Part shown: in pieces, positions 20,129-30,841 of the stretch
Layout: each line of letters starts with the position of its first letter
Numbering within the stretch: the first letter of the stretch is position 1
NCBI GenBank assembly: GCA_049322955.1
Contig: JBMOPU010000033.1
Coordinates: forward strand, 64,784-128,783
Direction of reading: 5' to 3'
Source of the DNA: Patescibacteria group bacterium
GTDB taxonomy: Bacteria > Patescibacteriota > Microgenomatia > UBA10105 > UBA927
Length of the DNA: 64,000 nucleotides
Translations under genes and position numbers: made by a program
Notes under the pieces: model-generated
Seen by the model: only the letters and a program-made list of their open reading frames with translations
Told to the model about the DNA's origin: nothing
Databases searched by the model: none

Positions 20129-20198
20129 TCGTGTGAAGGTTTCTGCCCCGAATGCTAGTACAAATATATCCTCAAAAAAAGGAGAAAGAAGGTTGATT

Positions 20199-21956
20199 AT
20201 GAGAAAAATGTATTTACACCATTCCCGACGACCCGAGCCGCAACGGCAGGTATTTGAAGGAAAATCATTCGGAACCCCCACCGGCAAAGATACGGTGCGT
20301 ATCGTGCCGCTCGGAGGATCAGGGAATGTCACGAAGAATATGTATCTGTATGAGTACCGGTATGACGGGAAAATCAGGGATATTCTGATCGTCGATTGCG
20401 GTATCGGATTTCCCGATGAAAGTATGTTCGGCGTTGATCTGGTTATTCCCGACGTGCGGTATCTTATGGACAAGCGGGACAAAATCCGCGCGCTTGTTTT
20501 TACCCACGGGCACGATGATCACATCGGCGGACTTCCATATATTTATCCGAAGCTGGGAAAGGTTCCCATGTATGCGCCGACGTTGGCCGCTGCATTTGCC
20601 AATTTAAAGCTGAAGGAAACGGAAGTGCGGGAGCGCGTGCGTCCCATGACGTTTGACAAAACCGTCAGTGCGGGTGCTTTTACGGTATCGTTTATCCGTC
20701 TGACCCATTCGGTTCCCGATACGTCACATCTTGTCATAGAAACGCCTATCGGCATTTTTTATCACGGAAGTGATTTCAAATTTGATCCCACGCCGCTTGA
20801 TCAGAAACCATCGGAAATTCATAAAATCAATGCGGTGGGAAAGAAAGGTGTCTTGTGCATGCTTTCCGATAGTTTAGGCAGTGAACGCCCGGGATTTACT
20901 CCATCGGAACAAATCATCGGAGAAACGATTGAAAAAGAGTTACGCCTTTCCAACGGCAAAGTACTTTTTACCACGCAATCAAGCAATATCTCCCGCATTC
21001 AGCTGGCCATTGAGCTTGCGCAAAAATATGGAAGAAAAATTGCTTTTTTGGGGCGAAGTATCGATCAAAACGTTGAAGAATCGGTCAAACTCGGCTACAT
21101 GAAGTTCCCCCGCGACGTTATCATCAACGACCGTGACTTAAAACGGATGCCCGCCAATAAACAGTTTTTGGTGGTGGCGGGGGCGCAGGGGCAACCGACG
21201 AGTAATCTCTTTCGGATAGCCAGTGATGCCCATAAAACGGTGCGGTTGAACGATACCGATACGGTCATTATTTCCGCCGATCCGATTCCGGGACGGGAAA
21301 ACGACGTCAATAAACTGATCGATCAGATCTATCGCCATGGCGCACGCGTTTCCTACAGTGACATCATGGAGGATCTCCATGTGTCGGGACACGGCAGTAG
21401 CGGCGACATGATGTTATTGTTATCAGCCGTGGGTCCCCGGTATGTCTGGCCGATCGGAGGAACGTACAAACACCTCATGCAATACCGAAGGCTTGCGGCC
21501 GATTTGGGATACGATAAGCGTTCGGTGCTGATTCCTGAAGACGGGGAAGTGATGGAATTTTCCCGTCATGCGCCTCCTCGCGTCGTCGATCGTCTTGAAC
21601 TCGATCAGATCATGATTGACGGCCTGGGGATAGGGGACGTGGGGAGTGTCGTATTGAAGGACCGGCAAAAAATTGCCCACGAAGGAATTGTGGTTGCCGC
21701 AATTCCCGTCGATAGTCGGAGCGGACATCTCGTCAGCGCGCCGCAGATTATCACCCGGGGATTTGTCTATGTCAAAGAATCACGACATCTACTTGCGCAT
21801 GCGGGGGGAGTCGTGGACCGGGCATTGACCCTTCGAAAAGGGAAAATCGCCGATTGGCAGATAGTCAAAAAGCGCATTGAAGACTCGCTCGGGGAATATC
21901 TCCTCAAAGAAACGGGGAGAAGTCCGCTCATCGTTCCCGTCATCCTTGAGGTCTAA
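20199..21956 (+). CDS. rnj: Ribonuclease J
   Basis: PLGG, THGHDDHIGG, THSVPD, SDFKFD, LHVSGH. Confidence 0.96.
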   Translation: MRKMYLHHSRRPEPQRQVFEGKSFGTPTGKDTVRIVPLGGSGNVTKNMYLYEYRYDGKIRDILIVDCGIGFPDESMFGVDLVIPDVRYLMDKRDKIRALVFTHGHDDHIGGLPYIYPKLGKVPMYAPTLAAAFANLKLKETEVRERVRPMTFDKTVSAGAFTVSFIRLTHSVPDTSHLVIETPIGIFYHGSDFKFDPTPLDQKPSEIHKINAVGKKGVLCMLSDSLGSERPGFTPSEQIIGETIEKELRLSNGKVLFTTQSSNISRIQLAIELAQKYGRKIAFLGRSIDQNVEESVKLGYMKFPRDVIINDRDLKRMPANKQFLVVAGAQGQPTSNLFRIASDAHKTVRLNDTDTVIISADPIPGRENDVNKLIDQIYRHGARVSYSDIMEDLHVSGHGSSGDMMLLLSAVGPRYVWPIGGTYKHLMQYRRLAADLGYDKRSVLIPEDGEVMEFSRHAPPRVVDRLELDQIMIDGLGIGDVGSVVLKDRQKIAHEGIVVAAIPVDSRSGHLVSAPQIITRGFVYVKESRHLLAHAGGVVDRALTLRKGKIADWQIVKKRIEDSLGEYLLKETGRSPLIVPVILEV

Positions 21957-21969
21957 GCGCGTGGGAAAG

Positions 21970-21998
21970 TTGACATTGCCGCTATATTACTATAGGAT
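21970..21998 (+). promoter_or_regulatory. Sigma70 promoter of ftsK
   Basis: TTGACA-N17-TAGGAT. Confidence 0.5.
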
Positions 21999-22071
21999 AG
22001 TTAGAAGAGGGGAGCAGGGGATTCCATTGCATTAGCGCACGGCTGTTCCTATACTGGAGTGTATCGAAACT

Positions 22072-24246
22072 ATGGCATTTAAACTGAAAAAACCGAAACG
22101 AAAATACCATAAACGCAAAGGATTTGGGTTAAAACTCAAAAAACAGACCGTTTATACGGTTGCGGCAATCTGGTTTTGGCTGTTTGCCGGGGCAATCTGC
22201 CTTTCCTTTTTCGGAGAAGGCAGTATGTTATCCTCCCTTCGGGAAAGTCTGACTTCCCATTTCGGATGGATTATGTACGTGCTTCCCATTTTTCTTGTAT
22301 CCGCGAGCACGCTGTTTTTTAAGGTGAAGTCGGAACTTGGCAATCAGAACGTACCGATGGGACTGGGGATTATCATCGTGGGGCTTATGGCACTTACGAG
22401 AGCCGGAGATATCGGCGATACCCTGTGGGTGCTTACCTCGGATGCCATTGCTCCCGAAGGGACAACGCTCTTATTTTTGGGCGTCGTACTCATAGGATGC
22501 ATTGTGTTGTTTAACACCTCGCTTGACCGGTTTATCAATTTTCTCCTTATGGGGGTGCAGACGATTCTTGAATGGGTAGCCTCACTCGGGGAAAAACAGC
22601 AAAAAGCACCGCTTATTATCGGCGGAGCGCAAAAAGAACCGCTCAAAATACGGGAAACCGATGAGGAAAAACAGCTCCAGAAAAAACCGATGACTCCCCC
22701 GCCGGTGCCGGCAAAACCCGGCCCGGTCGTAAAAGAACCGCAGGGAGCAGGGACGCTTGCCATGAGCAGTATGAATAACAGTCAGGATATGAAACTGTGG
22801 GAGTATCCCGAAGTCGGTTTGCTCTCGGACGGCCCGGGAGAAAAAGCCGATCGGGGTGACGTACGGAAAAATGCCGACGTTATCGAAAAGACGCTGGATA
22901 GTTTCGGGGTCCAAGCGGATGTCGTGGAGGTAAATCCCGGTCCTGCGGTCACGCAATATGCAATCAAACTGTCGCTCGGAACGAAAGTGTCGAAAATCAC
23001 GTCTCTTGCCAGCGATATGGCGCTTGCCCTTGCCGCTCCGACAGGACAGGTACGTATCGAAGCGCCTATCCCCGGACGGGATCTTGTCGGAATAGAAATC
23101 CCCAATCGCGGACTCGAGTTTGTCACTTTAAAGCGCATGTTGCTTTCCGACCCGATGAAAAAGGCAAAGAGTAAGCTTGCTGTTGCCATGGGTCTTGATG
23201 TTTCGGGAAATCCGTTAATCGGCGATATTGCAAAAATGCCGCACGTGCTGGTGGCGGGAACGACCGGTTCGGGAAAGTCGGTGCTCCTCAATGCCTGGAT
23301 TTGTAGTCTGTTATATCGGACGACGCCCGCGGAAGTACGTCTTATTCTTGTTGATCCGAAGCGGGTTGAACTCGTCGGATATAACGGCGTACCGCATTTG
23401 TTGACGCCCGTTATCGTCGAAGCGGATAAAATACTTTCCGCACTTCGCTGGGCAACCCAGGAGATGGAACGGCGATATAAACAATTTGCCGAGGTCGGCG
23501 TACGAAACCTAGACGGATTTAACGAACTATCCGGTTTCCAGGCACTCCCGTACATTGTCATCATTATTGACGAACTTGCCGATCTTATGGGATATGCGCC
23601 AGTTGAAGTCGAAGATACGATTTGTCGGATTGCACAAATGGCACGCGCAACGGGAATTCACTTGGTGGTCGCCACGCAACGGCCGAGTGTGGACGTCATC
23701 ACGGGTCTTATCAAAGCAAACATTCCCGCACGTATCGCCTTTAATGTCTCCTCCATGATCGATTCGCGGGTCATTATCGATATGCCGGGAGCAGAAAAAC
23801 TGCTCGGTCGCGGAGATATGTTATACGTCCCGCCGGACCAAGCAAAACCGATGCGTATTCAGGGAACCTTCGTATCCGATAAAGAAGTGACGAAAGTAGT
23901 GGAGTTTTTCAAAAACACGCAAGCGGAAGTGCATTATACCGAAGAAGTATTAAGCCAGCCTGCTACGGCGATGAAGAAAGGCGGCGGGGCTTCCGCCGGC
24001 GGTGACGGAAAGGATCCGTTATTTGAAGATGCCTTGCGTCTTGTATGCCAGTACGACAAAGCATCCGCATCGTTACTGCAACGTCGATTGTCAGTAGGCT
24101 ATGCACGGGCCGCAAGAATCCTCGATCAGTTGGAAATGGCGGGCATTATCGGTGCCGGTGAAGGATCAAAACCCCGCGACGTATTGATCAAAAACCCCGA
24201 CGAATACCTCGCAAGCCAACAACAAGCGCAAACCCAAGAAAGTTAG
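22072..24246 (+). CDS. ftsK: DNA translocase FtsK/SpoIIIE
   Basis: N-terminal TMs, AGTTGSGKS, IDELAD, TQRPSVDV, gamma domain 'LQRRLSVGYARAARILDQLE'. Confidence 0.97.
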   Translation: MAFKLKKPKRKYHKRKGFGLKLKKQTVYTVAAIWFWLFAGAICLSFFGEGSMLSSLRESLTSHFGWIMYVLPIFLVSASTLFFKVKSELGNQNVPMGLGIIIVGLMALTRAGDIGDTLWVLTSDAIAPEGTTLLFLGVVLIGCIVLFNTSLDRFINFLLMGVQTILEWVASLGEKQQKAPLIIGGAQKEPLKIRETDEEKQLQKKPMTPPPVPAKPGPVVKEPQGAGTLAMSSMNNSQDMKLWEYPEVGLLSDGPGEKADRGDVRKNADVIEKTLDSFGVQADVVEVNPGPAVTQYAIKLSLGTKVSKITSLASDMALALAAPTGQVRIEAPIPGRDLVGIEIPNRGLEFVTLKRMLLSDPMKKAKSKLAVAMGLDVSGNPLIGDIAKMPHVLVAGTTGSGKSVLLNAWICSLLYRTTPAEVRLILVDPKRVELVGYNGVPHLLTPVIVEADKILSALRWATQEMERRYKQFAEVGVRNLDGFNELSGFQALPYIVIIIDELADLMGYAPVEVEDTICRIAQMARATGIHLVVATQRPSVDVITGLIKANIPARIAFNVSSMIDSRVIIDMPGAEKLLGRGDMLYVPPDQAKPMRIQGTFVSDKEVTKVVEFFKNTQAEVHYTEEVLSQPATAMKKGGGASAGGDGKDPLFEDALRLVCQYDKASASLLQRRLSVGYARAARILDQLEMAGIIGAGEGSKPRDVLIKNPDEYLASQQQAQTQES

Positions 24247-24254
24247 GCGGCCTC

Positions 24255-24893
24255 ATGAAAACAGTGGGCACGATGCTCAAAGAAGCCAGAGTCATGAAGG
24301 GATTAAAACCCCGGGATATTGAGCAGGCAATAAAGATCCGGGAAAAATATATCCTTGCCATCGAAGCAGACACGTTCGACGTGATGCCGTCGCCTTCTTA
24401 TGCCAAGGGATTTGTGAGGAACTATGCGGAGTATCTCGGGTTACCCACTGATGCGGTGATGGCTTTTTTCCGGCGGCAGACCACCGATGTGACCCGATCA
24501 AGCCTGCTCCCCAAAGGGGTTGCCGATCCTTTGAATGCACCCATCGTTCACCTGACGCCTGGTCGATTTATCGGGCTTATTGTCGCGACATTGTGTGTCA
24601 TATTTTTCCTGTATCTCGGCATCCAATATTTTGAAATCGGAAAAGCGCCGCCGCTTATTGTCACCAGCCCGGTCAATCAGCAGATCGTCACCGGCAGTAG
24701 GGTAGTGGTAGAGGGAAAAACGGCGCCCGACACAACTGTTATGATAAACGGGGTTTCGACCATCGTCCGGGATGACGGCAGATTTTATGAGCAGGTTGCG
24801 GTGGAGCCGGGAGTAAATAAGATCACGATTGTCGCTACCACGCGGTTCGGGAAAGTTACTTCCGAGACCCGCGAGGTCGGGTATCAGCCGTAA
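24255..24893 (+). CDS. RodZ-like HTH-TM protein with a C-terminal Ig-like domain
   Basis: VGTMLKEAR...YAKGFVRNYAEYLGL, single TM, beta-rich C-terminus. Confidence 0.8.
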   Translation: MKTVGTMLKEARVMKGLKPRDIEQAIKIREKYILAIEADTFDVMPSPSYAKGFVRNYAEYLGLPTDAVMAFFRRQTTDVTRSSLLPKGVADPLNAPIVHLTPGRFIGLIVATLCVIFFLYLGIQYFEIGKAPPLIVTSPVNQQIVTGSRVVVEGKTAPDTTVMINGVSTIVRDDGRFYEQVAVEPGVNKITIVATTRFGKVTSETREVGYQP

Positions 24894-24911
24894 TTTTTCC
24901 GCCGTGATCGG

Positions 24912-24940
24912 TTGACAGAAGCGGCGATTTCCGCCATACT
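24912..24940 (+). promoter_or_regulatory. Sigma70 promoter
   Basis: TTGACA-N17-CATACT. Confidence 0.6.
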
Positions 24941-24964
24941 GAATAAGCGATTGTTTGTCTGCCC

Positions 24965-25234
24965 ATGGATCCCGTTCAACTCACTATCATCGTTATCAGT
25001 TTTATCCTCACCTTACTTCTCGTGCTGTTGGGTGTGCAGGTTTGGTATATCCTCAAGGAAATACGCACGGCCATTGTAAAGACCAATACCATGCTTGATG
25101 ATGCGAAAAAAGTAACCGGTACCGTCGGAGACTCCGTAGCAAGCATGTCAGGAGTCGTAAGCGGTATCAAAGCGGCATTATCGGTATTCCGATCGTTTGG
25201 CAAAAAGAATGAAGGAGGAGAAGAATATGTCTGA
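24965..25234 (+). CDS. Small membrane protein, DUF948/YtxG-like
   Basis: N-terminal TM plus amphipathic helix; paired with a YtxH-like gene. Confidence 0.6.
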   Translation: MDPVQLTIIVISFILTLLLVLLGVQVWYILKEIRTAIVKTNTMLDDAKKVTGTVGDSVASMSGVVSGIKAALSVFRSFGKKNEGGEEYV

Positions 25235-25613
25235 CAATCATAACAATGACGGGAAGTTCCTTTTCGGCTTTTTCATCGGCGGTTTGATCGGTGCGCTGAT
25301 TATTTTTTTCCTGGGAACAAAAGAAGGCAAAAAAACCGGTAAAATGCTCGAAAATAAAAGTCGGGACTTACTCGATGACTTTGAGGAAAAGCTTGATGCG
25401 TTACAGGAGAAAGGCAAAGAATTGGTTCGCCAGGGTGAGGAAATGAAAGAAAAGGTTATCGATACCCTTGACGGAAAAAAAGATGAGGTAACACAGGCCG
25501 CCGCCGATAAAATAGATATTGCACTCGCGCACATCCAGGAAATGCAACAAAAAGGAGCCGAAACGACCGCAACGTTGCGGAAGCAATTCAAGAATATCCC
25601 CAAGAAGAAATAA
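25227..25613 (+). CDS. YtxH domain protein
   Basis: FLFGFFIGGLIGA...GKKT then coiled coil; SD GGAGG. Confidence 0.8.
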   Translation: MSDNHNNDGKFLFGFFIGGLIGALIIFFLGTKEGKKTGKMLENKSRDLLDDFEEKLDALQEKGKELVRQGEEMKEKVIDTLDGKKDEVTQAAADKIDIALAHIQEMQQKGAETTATLRKQFKNIPKKK

Positions 25614-25621
25614 CCGATCGG

Positions 25622-27007
25622 TTATTTCCGCTTATAGATGATCTGATCTCCGTTTTGATAGTAGATTTCGTATCGGGTATCCCGGGGAAGCGTCAATTTT
25701 ACAGCTTCGATGTCCGCACCGAAAAAATTGTTGAAATTTTGCCCCTCCCGCAAATCCAACACAAAATACTCGGGCATAAAATCCTCGTACACGCCGCGCA
25801 ATAAGAACACTTCATGGGTGTGAATCATATGCGGGGCGATATTGTTCATCGTCATTACCGTTGATCCTTTCGGCACACGCGAAATAAGGTCATTAAGAAA
25901 TGTAAAATTTTTCGTGTTTCTATAGAAAGCGGGGTTATAGGAAAGACCCAAGGGTCCGCGAAGCAGGAATCGATGCAGAAACACACTGGTCACGATAAGA
26001 AGCACGCTGACCGAAAGAATGAACAGGCGATTTTTAAGCTTCTTTTCGAGTATATGCAGTCCCAGAACGGAGGAAAACGCCAGGATGACCGCCATTTGCG
26101 CATTGTAATGAAGACCCAAGCCCCATCGTAGGCTAAATTCATTTTGCAGAAACCGCGTCGCCAGATCCTGCAGGATAAGTATCCAAGCCGGCGGATACAG
26201 AAGCGGCAAAAAACCGAAGCTCAGAAAACTCATGAGGATGGTGTTTCGTTTTACGGGATCGTCGGCAAACATCATAAGGATGCGTACGGGATTTTCATTT
26301 ATGTGCGGCGTATAGAAATACGGCCTACCGTAAAAATACGGAATAATCACCTGCGTTGTCAGTACACCCCAGAAAACGGAAACAACGGCGGTGAGTAATG
26401 CCGTTCTCTTCCACGTTTTATTAAACAGCGATATGAATATGCCGAGCGCCACTCCCAATAATGCGCTACTTTCCTTAAACCCCAGCGTGATAAAAAAACA
26501 TACCCAAAAAAGCGTTTTCTTTTTCGTGACGATCGCATAGAAAACACCCATAAGCGGGAGCGTCATATAGGTTACTTCATGGATGTCGGCTATAAGCGCA
26601 TTTTGTAGTCCGACAAACAGGAGATAGGACACAACAACCGCAAGGGGAGCAAGACGTGTGGTCAGATAGCGCTTGGCAAGCGTATATAAAATAAGGGCAC
26701 TGCCGCACACGGCAATCGCCTGTGCAACGAGCAACACCTCCGGTCGATCGGTGAACCAATATAGTGGGCTTAAAAGGAAAATGCTCGGGCTAAAGTGATC
26801 CGCAAAAATGACTTTCCCGCCCACGACGAAGTGATCAATAATCGGGGCAGTAAAATGCGCCGCTTTCCAGATCGCCGAATCAAAGATGCCGAAGTCATAA
26901 TAAAACACTTCAAACTGCCAAAACCGATGAAGTGACACCAATACGGCGGCGAGGGTATAAACGCCGATAACGATGTATGTCAACCAATCGATACTATTTC
27001 GTTTCAT
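25622..27007 (-). CDS. DUF2079-like polytopic membrane protein, possible GT-C glycosyltransferase
   Basis: YDFGIF, DHFSP, LLVAQ, DIHE, KE and HY motifs. Confidence 0.72.
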   Translation of the reverse strand: MKRNSIDWLTYIVIGVYTLAAVLVSLHRFWQFEVFYYDFGIFDSAIWKAAHFTAPIIDHFVVGGKVIFADHFSPSIFLLSPLYWFTDRPEVLLVAQAIAVCGSALILYTLAKRYLTTRLAPLAVVVSYLLFVGLQNALIADIHEVTYMTLPLMGVFYAIVTKKKTLFWVCFFITLGFKESSALLGVALGIFISLFNKTWKRTALLTAVVSVFWGVLTTQVIIPYFYGRPYFYTPHINENPVRILMMFADDPVKRNTILMSFLSFGFLPLLYPPAWILILQDLATRFLQNEFSLRWGLGLHYNAQMAVILAFSSVLGLHILEKKLKNRLFILSVSVLLIVTSVFLHRFLLRGPLGLSYNPAFYRNTKNFTFLNDLISRVPKGSTVMTMNNIAPHMIHTHEVFLLRGVYEDFMPEYFVLDLREGQNFNNFFGADIEAVKLTLPRDTRYEIYYQNGDQIIYKRK

Positions 27008-27939
27008 TGCGGAAGTTTATTTGCGATAGCGACACAGCCGATAACGATAAGTCCGCCGAGTATTTCGGGAAGCGTGATGAGTTCGCCGTAGATCATAAAG
27101 CCCAAAAGGAGCGCGAACACGTTTTCCAAAAGTAAAATCTGACTGCCGAAAACGGCATCCAGGTGCTTGAACGCGTATATTTCAATCGGGTTAACGATGA
27201 CATTCATAAGTCCTCCGATGGCAAGTCCCGTTAACACGTGGGGATTTTGAAATGCCGACAGGGAAAACGTTTCGCCACGGAACAAGGCAAGAATCCAACC
27301 AGAAATTGCGGCAATCCCCATAACCATAATCGTAATCTCCTGTGTGTTAAGGTGCGCGCTCAAAAGTTTTCTTCCGACAAAAAACCAAGCCATGGTGGCG
27401 GTAGCAATAAGCGTAAAAAACTCGCCGCTCCCGAAGGCTTCGAGTCGGGGGATAAATGATTTTGTTGCTACAAGACTTATGCCCACGAGCGAGCCGATCA
27501 AAAGAAGCGTCAGCTGTGCATTAAACGGCTTTTTCAAAAAAATAAACGAGTAAAGATAGGTAAAAAACGGCACGGAAGCAAATATTACCGCGACGTTTAC
27601 CAGTTTTGCGTTCAACGCTCCCAGGGTGACGAAATACACCGCGATGCTATAGCCGATCGTCCCCATGGTTATAAGGAGCCACAGGTCCGGGGTCGGCGTT
27701 TTTGCCATATGCGCGGGGCGTAGTTTTTTTCGAAACATCATGCTTAACGCGACGGTGGCAATGCCGATGCGCATATACACCTGCGTCATGGGAGGAAATC
27801 CTTCCGCGAGCAGTCGCGAGCCGACGGAGAGTAACGTGTAGGCGGCCGCGACGATAACAAGAAAACCGATCGAAAGTTGTCGGGGGGTTATGCTACCGAT
27901 ACCCGGCAGGTTAACCTGTTGCGGCTTTTTTGAGTTCAT
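27004..27939 (-). CDS. EamA/DMT family transporter
   Basis: About 10 TMs in two repeats; start uncertain. Confidence 0.8.
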   Translation of the reverse strand: MNSKKPQQVNLPGIGSITPRQLSIGFLVIVAAAYTLLSVGSRLLAEGFPPMTQVYMRIGIATVALSMMFRKKLRPAHMAKTPTPDLWLLITMGTIGYSIAVYFVTLGALNAKLVNVAVIFASVPFFTYLYSFIFLKKPFNAQLTLLLIGSLVGISLVATKSFIPRLEAFGSGEFFTLIATATMAWFFVGRKLLSAHLNTQEITIMVMGIAAISGWILALFRGETFSLSAFQNPHVLTGLAIGGLMNVIVNPIEIYAFKHLDAVFGSQILLLENVFALLLGFMIYGELITLPEILGGLIVIGCVAIANKLPQ

Positions 27940-28900
27940 GATACAAATTTTCCTCGATTTCGATTTGTCCCGACGCCAGTCGCGTTTTGGTGAGGGTATT
28001 TCCCCGTTCACCCGGTAATACTATGTCTGCGGTTTCGGGGAGTTTTTTGGTTGCCTTGACCCGTTTGCCGAGTTTTGCCACATTTTCGGCAAATACTTTT
28101 CTGTCGGTTATGAGCTCGGGATCGATCACAAAAACAAGGTTTCCCCAGTTTCCCGCCGTATCACCGAAACCGGTAAAGGATGCGCCGACCAACGGACCCG
28201 TCAGTATTTCCACCATAAGGGCAAGACCTGCTCCTTTGTAACTTTTATCGAACGGGCGAAGCGCACCGTCCATGGCTTTGCCGGGATCATCGGTGAGTTG
28301 TCCGTTTGCATCATACGCGATATCGGAAGGAATTTTTTTACCCGCGGTTCTTGCTTCAATCAGACCGTAGTAGGCCATCGCGGCCGTTGCCATGTCGAGA
28401 ACCAACGGGTCGGTGTCGGTAGGGACACCGATCGCCATCGGGTTTGTGCCGAAAATCGGCTCATACGATCCGTGATATGCAACGGTTTCCGGAGATCCCG
28501 CAAACACGAAACCGATGAGCCCTTCTTTGGCTATTTGGTTTGCCCAATAGCCGAGTGCTCCCGTGGAGCTATTTGTGTCATGGGTTCCCACCATGCCGAA
28601 TCCGTGTTCCTTTGCCTTGGTTATGGCAGTACGTACCGCGTTGTGCATGACGACCGCACCGGGATTTTTCGCGCCATTGATTCGGGCGGAAAGTTTTGTT
28701 TCCTTTTCTATGGTAATCGTTCCCGCTTGAGGATTTTTTGGAATACCTTTGCCGATCAGTTTGACGATACCCTGGTTGTTGCCGCGGAGCTGTGCATACA
28801 AAAGCATATCCAAAATAATTTTGGCCTCTTCATCGTTATATCCCTGTTTTTTGAGCGCACGCAAAGAAAGATCGGTTATTTCGTTTATGGTTATCGTCAT
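27911..28900 (-). CDS. Ldh_2 family oxidoreductase (ComC/AllD-like)
   Basis: FGTNPMAIG, LVLDMAT, YKGAGLALMVEIL, LPGE. Confidence 0.88.
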   Translation of the reverse strand: MTITINEITDLSLRALKKQGYNDEEAKIILDMLLYAQLRGNNQGIVKLIGKGIPKNPQAGTITIEKETKLSARINGAKNPGAVVMHNAVRTAITKAKEHGFGMVGTHDTNSSTGALGYWANQIAKEGLIGFVFAGSPETVAYHGSYEPIFGTNPMAIGVPTDTDPLVLDMATAAMAYYGLIEARTAGKKIPSDIAYDANGQLTDDPGKAMDGALRPFDKSYKGAGLALMVEILTGPLVGASFTGFGDTAGNWGNLVFVIDPELITDRKVFAENVAKLGKRVKATKKLPETADIVLPGERGNTLTKTRLASGQIEIEENLYHELKKAATG

Positions 28901-28946
28901 ATATCCTCCTTCGGATACTTCTCCCTCTTCGTTTGATATTCTCTGT

Positions 28947-29795
28947 TTATTTTAGCAACAGTACGCCGATAAAGGCTAGTATTGCCGCTATGATTTTTCG
29001 CTCCACATGACTCCGTTCATGAAGAAGGAGTATGCCGCCCGCGACGGTGAAAATACCGGATGTTGCGGTGATCGGATTGACGCGGGATGCTTCGGCGATC
29101 GACATCGCCCGAATATAGAGGATGTATCCTATGACATTTAACAGTGCCGCGAGCGCCACTTTCCATCCGCCGATATGAAATTCCCTGACCAATTCTTTTT
29201 TCCCCAAGCCGGGAAACGCGATAATGACGATGGGAAAACACCATACCGCAAAACTATAGAGCGTTGCGGGAAGGGGAGCCGATGCCGGTTTATCAAGTAC
29301 TGCGGTGAGTCCCAAAAGAACGGCACATACGACGGCATACCAAAACGGGCGGGTGAACGAAAATTTCGGATTTTTATACACCAAAAGCAATGAGGCGAGA
29401 ATGATACATACGACGCCGATACTTTTTGCCACGGTCAGCGGCTCGCCGAGAAATGCGATAGCACCGATAAATCCGATGACGGTACTGAGACGGAAAATAA
29501 TGGCGAATGTGGATGCATCTACTCCCTGTCGTGCGTAAAATTGCGTACGTTCATAGAATCCGTAGAGAATAACCGTCGATGCGAGGAGAAGATATTGCAT
29601 TGGCGTTAATCCGAAGAGTCCGGAAAGAGAACCGCGCTCAAAAAGAAACAGGATAACGGCAAAAAGCGCCCCCCATAAATTAAAGAGCACCGCAAAAATG
29701 CGGGGTGAACCGGTGCGTATTGCAAGAACACGCATGAGAAGCTCTTGGGCGGCAAAAATAAGGGCGCTGGCGATTGCCAGCAAAAACCACAACAT
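28947..29795 (-). CDS. EamA/DMT family transporter
   Basis: 10 TMs; FLGEPLT and LLHER repeat motifs. Confidence 0.8.
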   Translation of the reverse strand: MLWFLLAIASALIFAAQELLMRVLAIRTGSPRIFAVLFNLWGALFAVILFLFERGSLSGLFGLTPMQYLLLASTVILYGFYERTQFYARQGVDASTFAIIFRLSTVIGFIGAIAFLGEPLTVAKSIGVVCIILASLLLVYKNPKFSFTRPFWYAVVCAVLLGLTAVLDKPASAPLPATLYSFAVWCFPIVIIAFPGLGKKELVREFHIGGWKVALAALLNVIGYILYIRAMSIAEASRVNPITATSGIFTVAGGILLLHERSHVERKIIAAILAFIGVLLLK

Positions 29796-29866
29796 GACAT
29801 GCAGTATACGCTTCCTTCATGAGGTTTTCGAGAGCATGTTATAAAAACGATGGTATAATTTGTTCA

Positions 29867-30511
29867 ATGAAGAATATTTTGGATGTCGATGAAAAATATT
29901 TCGGATTTCTTTTCCATTATTATCGGGCGGAAGTGTATCGCGAAACGAACTGGAGAAACCGCATGGATGTTTCAACCAATTGGGCGATCGTCGTTACCGG
30001 TGTTATCTTATCGTTTGCGTTCGGCGAAGGAGATGCGCCGCATACCGTCATCATTTTAAACTACCTCATTGCGCAGTTTTTTCTGTATATAGAAGCCCGA
30101 AGATACCGGTATTATACGATGCTTCGTTCCCGAACGAGACTTATGGAAGAGCACCTGCTTGCACCCATACTGTCCGGGACGGAAAAACAGCAGACCGAAG
30201 ACTGGGCAAAACAGCTGGCGCAAACGCTTGCCCGGCCGAAAGTGTCGATGTCCAAAATTGAATCGTTTGCATGGAGGTTGCGAAGACAATACATGGTGCT
30301 ATTGGGAATCATTTTTATCGCATGGGTCGCTAGAATATTTATGCATCCGACTCCCGTAACGACGTTGGAAGCGGCGATAGCACAAGCGAATGTGTGGGTG
30401 ATACCGGGCGTTATCGTGTTTGGTATATTTGTCGGATCACTGCTTTGGTGTATGGCCTTGGCCTATATTTACGTCCCGCGGGTAGCCGCCTTAGTGGACG
30501 ACCTTCCCTAG
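29867..30511 (+). CDS. DUF2270-like membrane protein
   Basis: HYYRAEVYR..WRNRMDVSTNWA, IEARRYR. Confidence 0.8.
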   Translation: MKNILDVDEKYFGFLFHYYRAEVYRETNWRNRMDVSTNWAIVVTGVILSFAFGEGDAPHTVIILNYLIAQFFLYIEARRYRYYTMLRSRTRLMEEHLLAPILSGTEKQQTEDWAKQLAQTLARPKVSMSKIESFAWRLRRQYMVLLGIIFIAWVARIFMHPTPVTTLEAAIAQANVWVIPGVIVFGIFVGSLLWCMALAYIYVPRVAALVDDLP

Positions 30512-30829
30512 TTCGCTCTCCAGCCAGGCTCGATATTTTTTCGTTACGAATTGAAGGGGGATACCTATGATTTCCGGATTTTCATACGTGTGAGCCGAGA
30601 GAAGCGTTTTTTCCAAGTGCTCCCATTTGCTTTGTAACGTTTTGATAAGCAAGAGCGATTCCTGTGCATAATCGATCTGATTTTTCCCCGGCGGCCAAAG
30701 GAAAAGGGAATCCGCCTGTGGAATAATCTGCACACACGCGGCAAGTTTTTTCTTGAGCAGAAGTTCTCCCAGTTGTTCCGCCTGGGTCTTATCAGTACAC
30801 GAAACCATGACAAGCAATGCATCGGTCAT
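30491..30829 (-). CDS. cutA: Divalent cation tolerance protein CutA
   Basis: KKLAACVQI, ESLLLIKT, HTYENPEII. Confidence 0.9.
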   Translation of the reverse strand: MTDALLVMVSCTDKTQAEQLGELLLKKKLAACVQIIPQADSLFLWPPGKNQIDYAQESLLLIKTLQSKWEHLEKTLLSAHTYENPEIIGIPLQFVTKKYRAWLESELGKVVH

Positions 30830-30841
30830 ATTGATTCCTCC

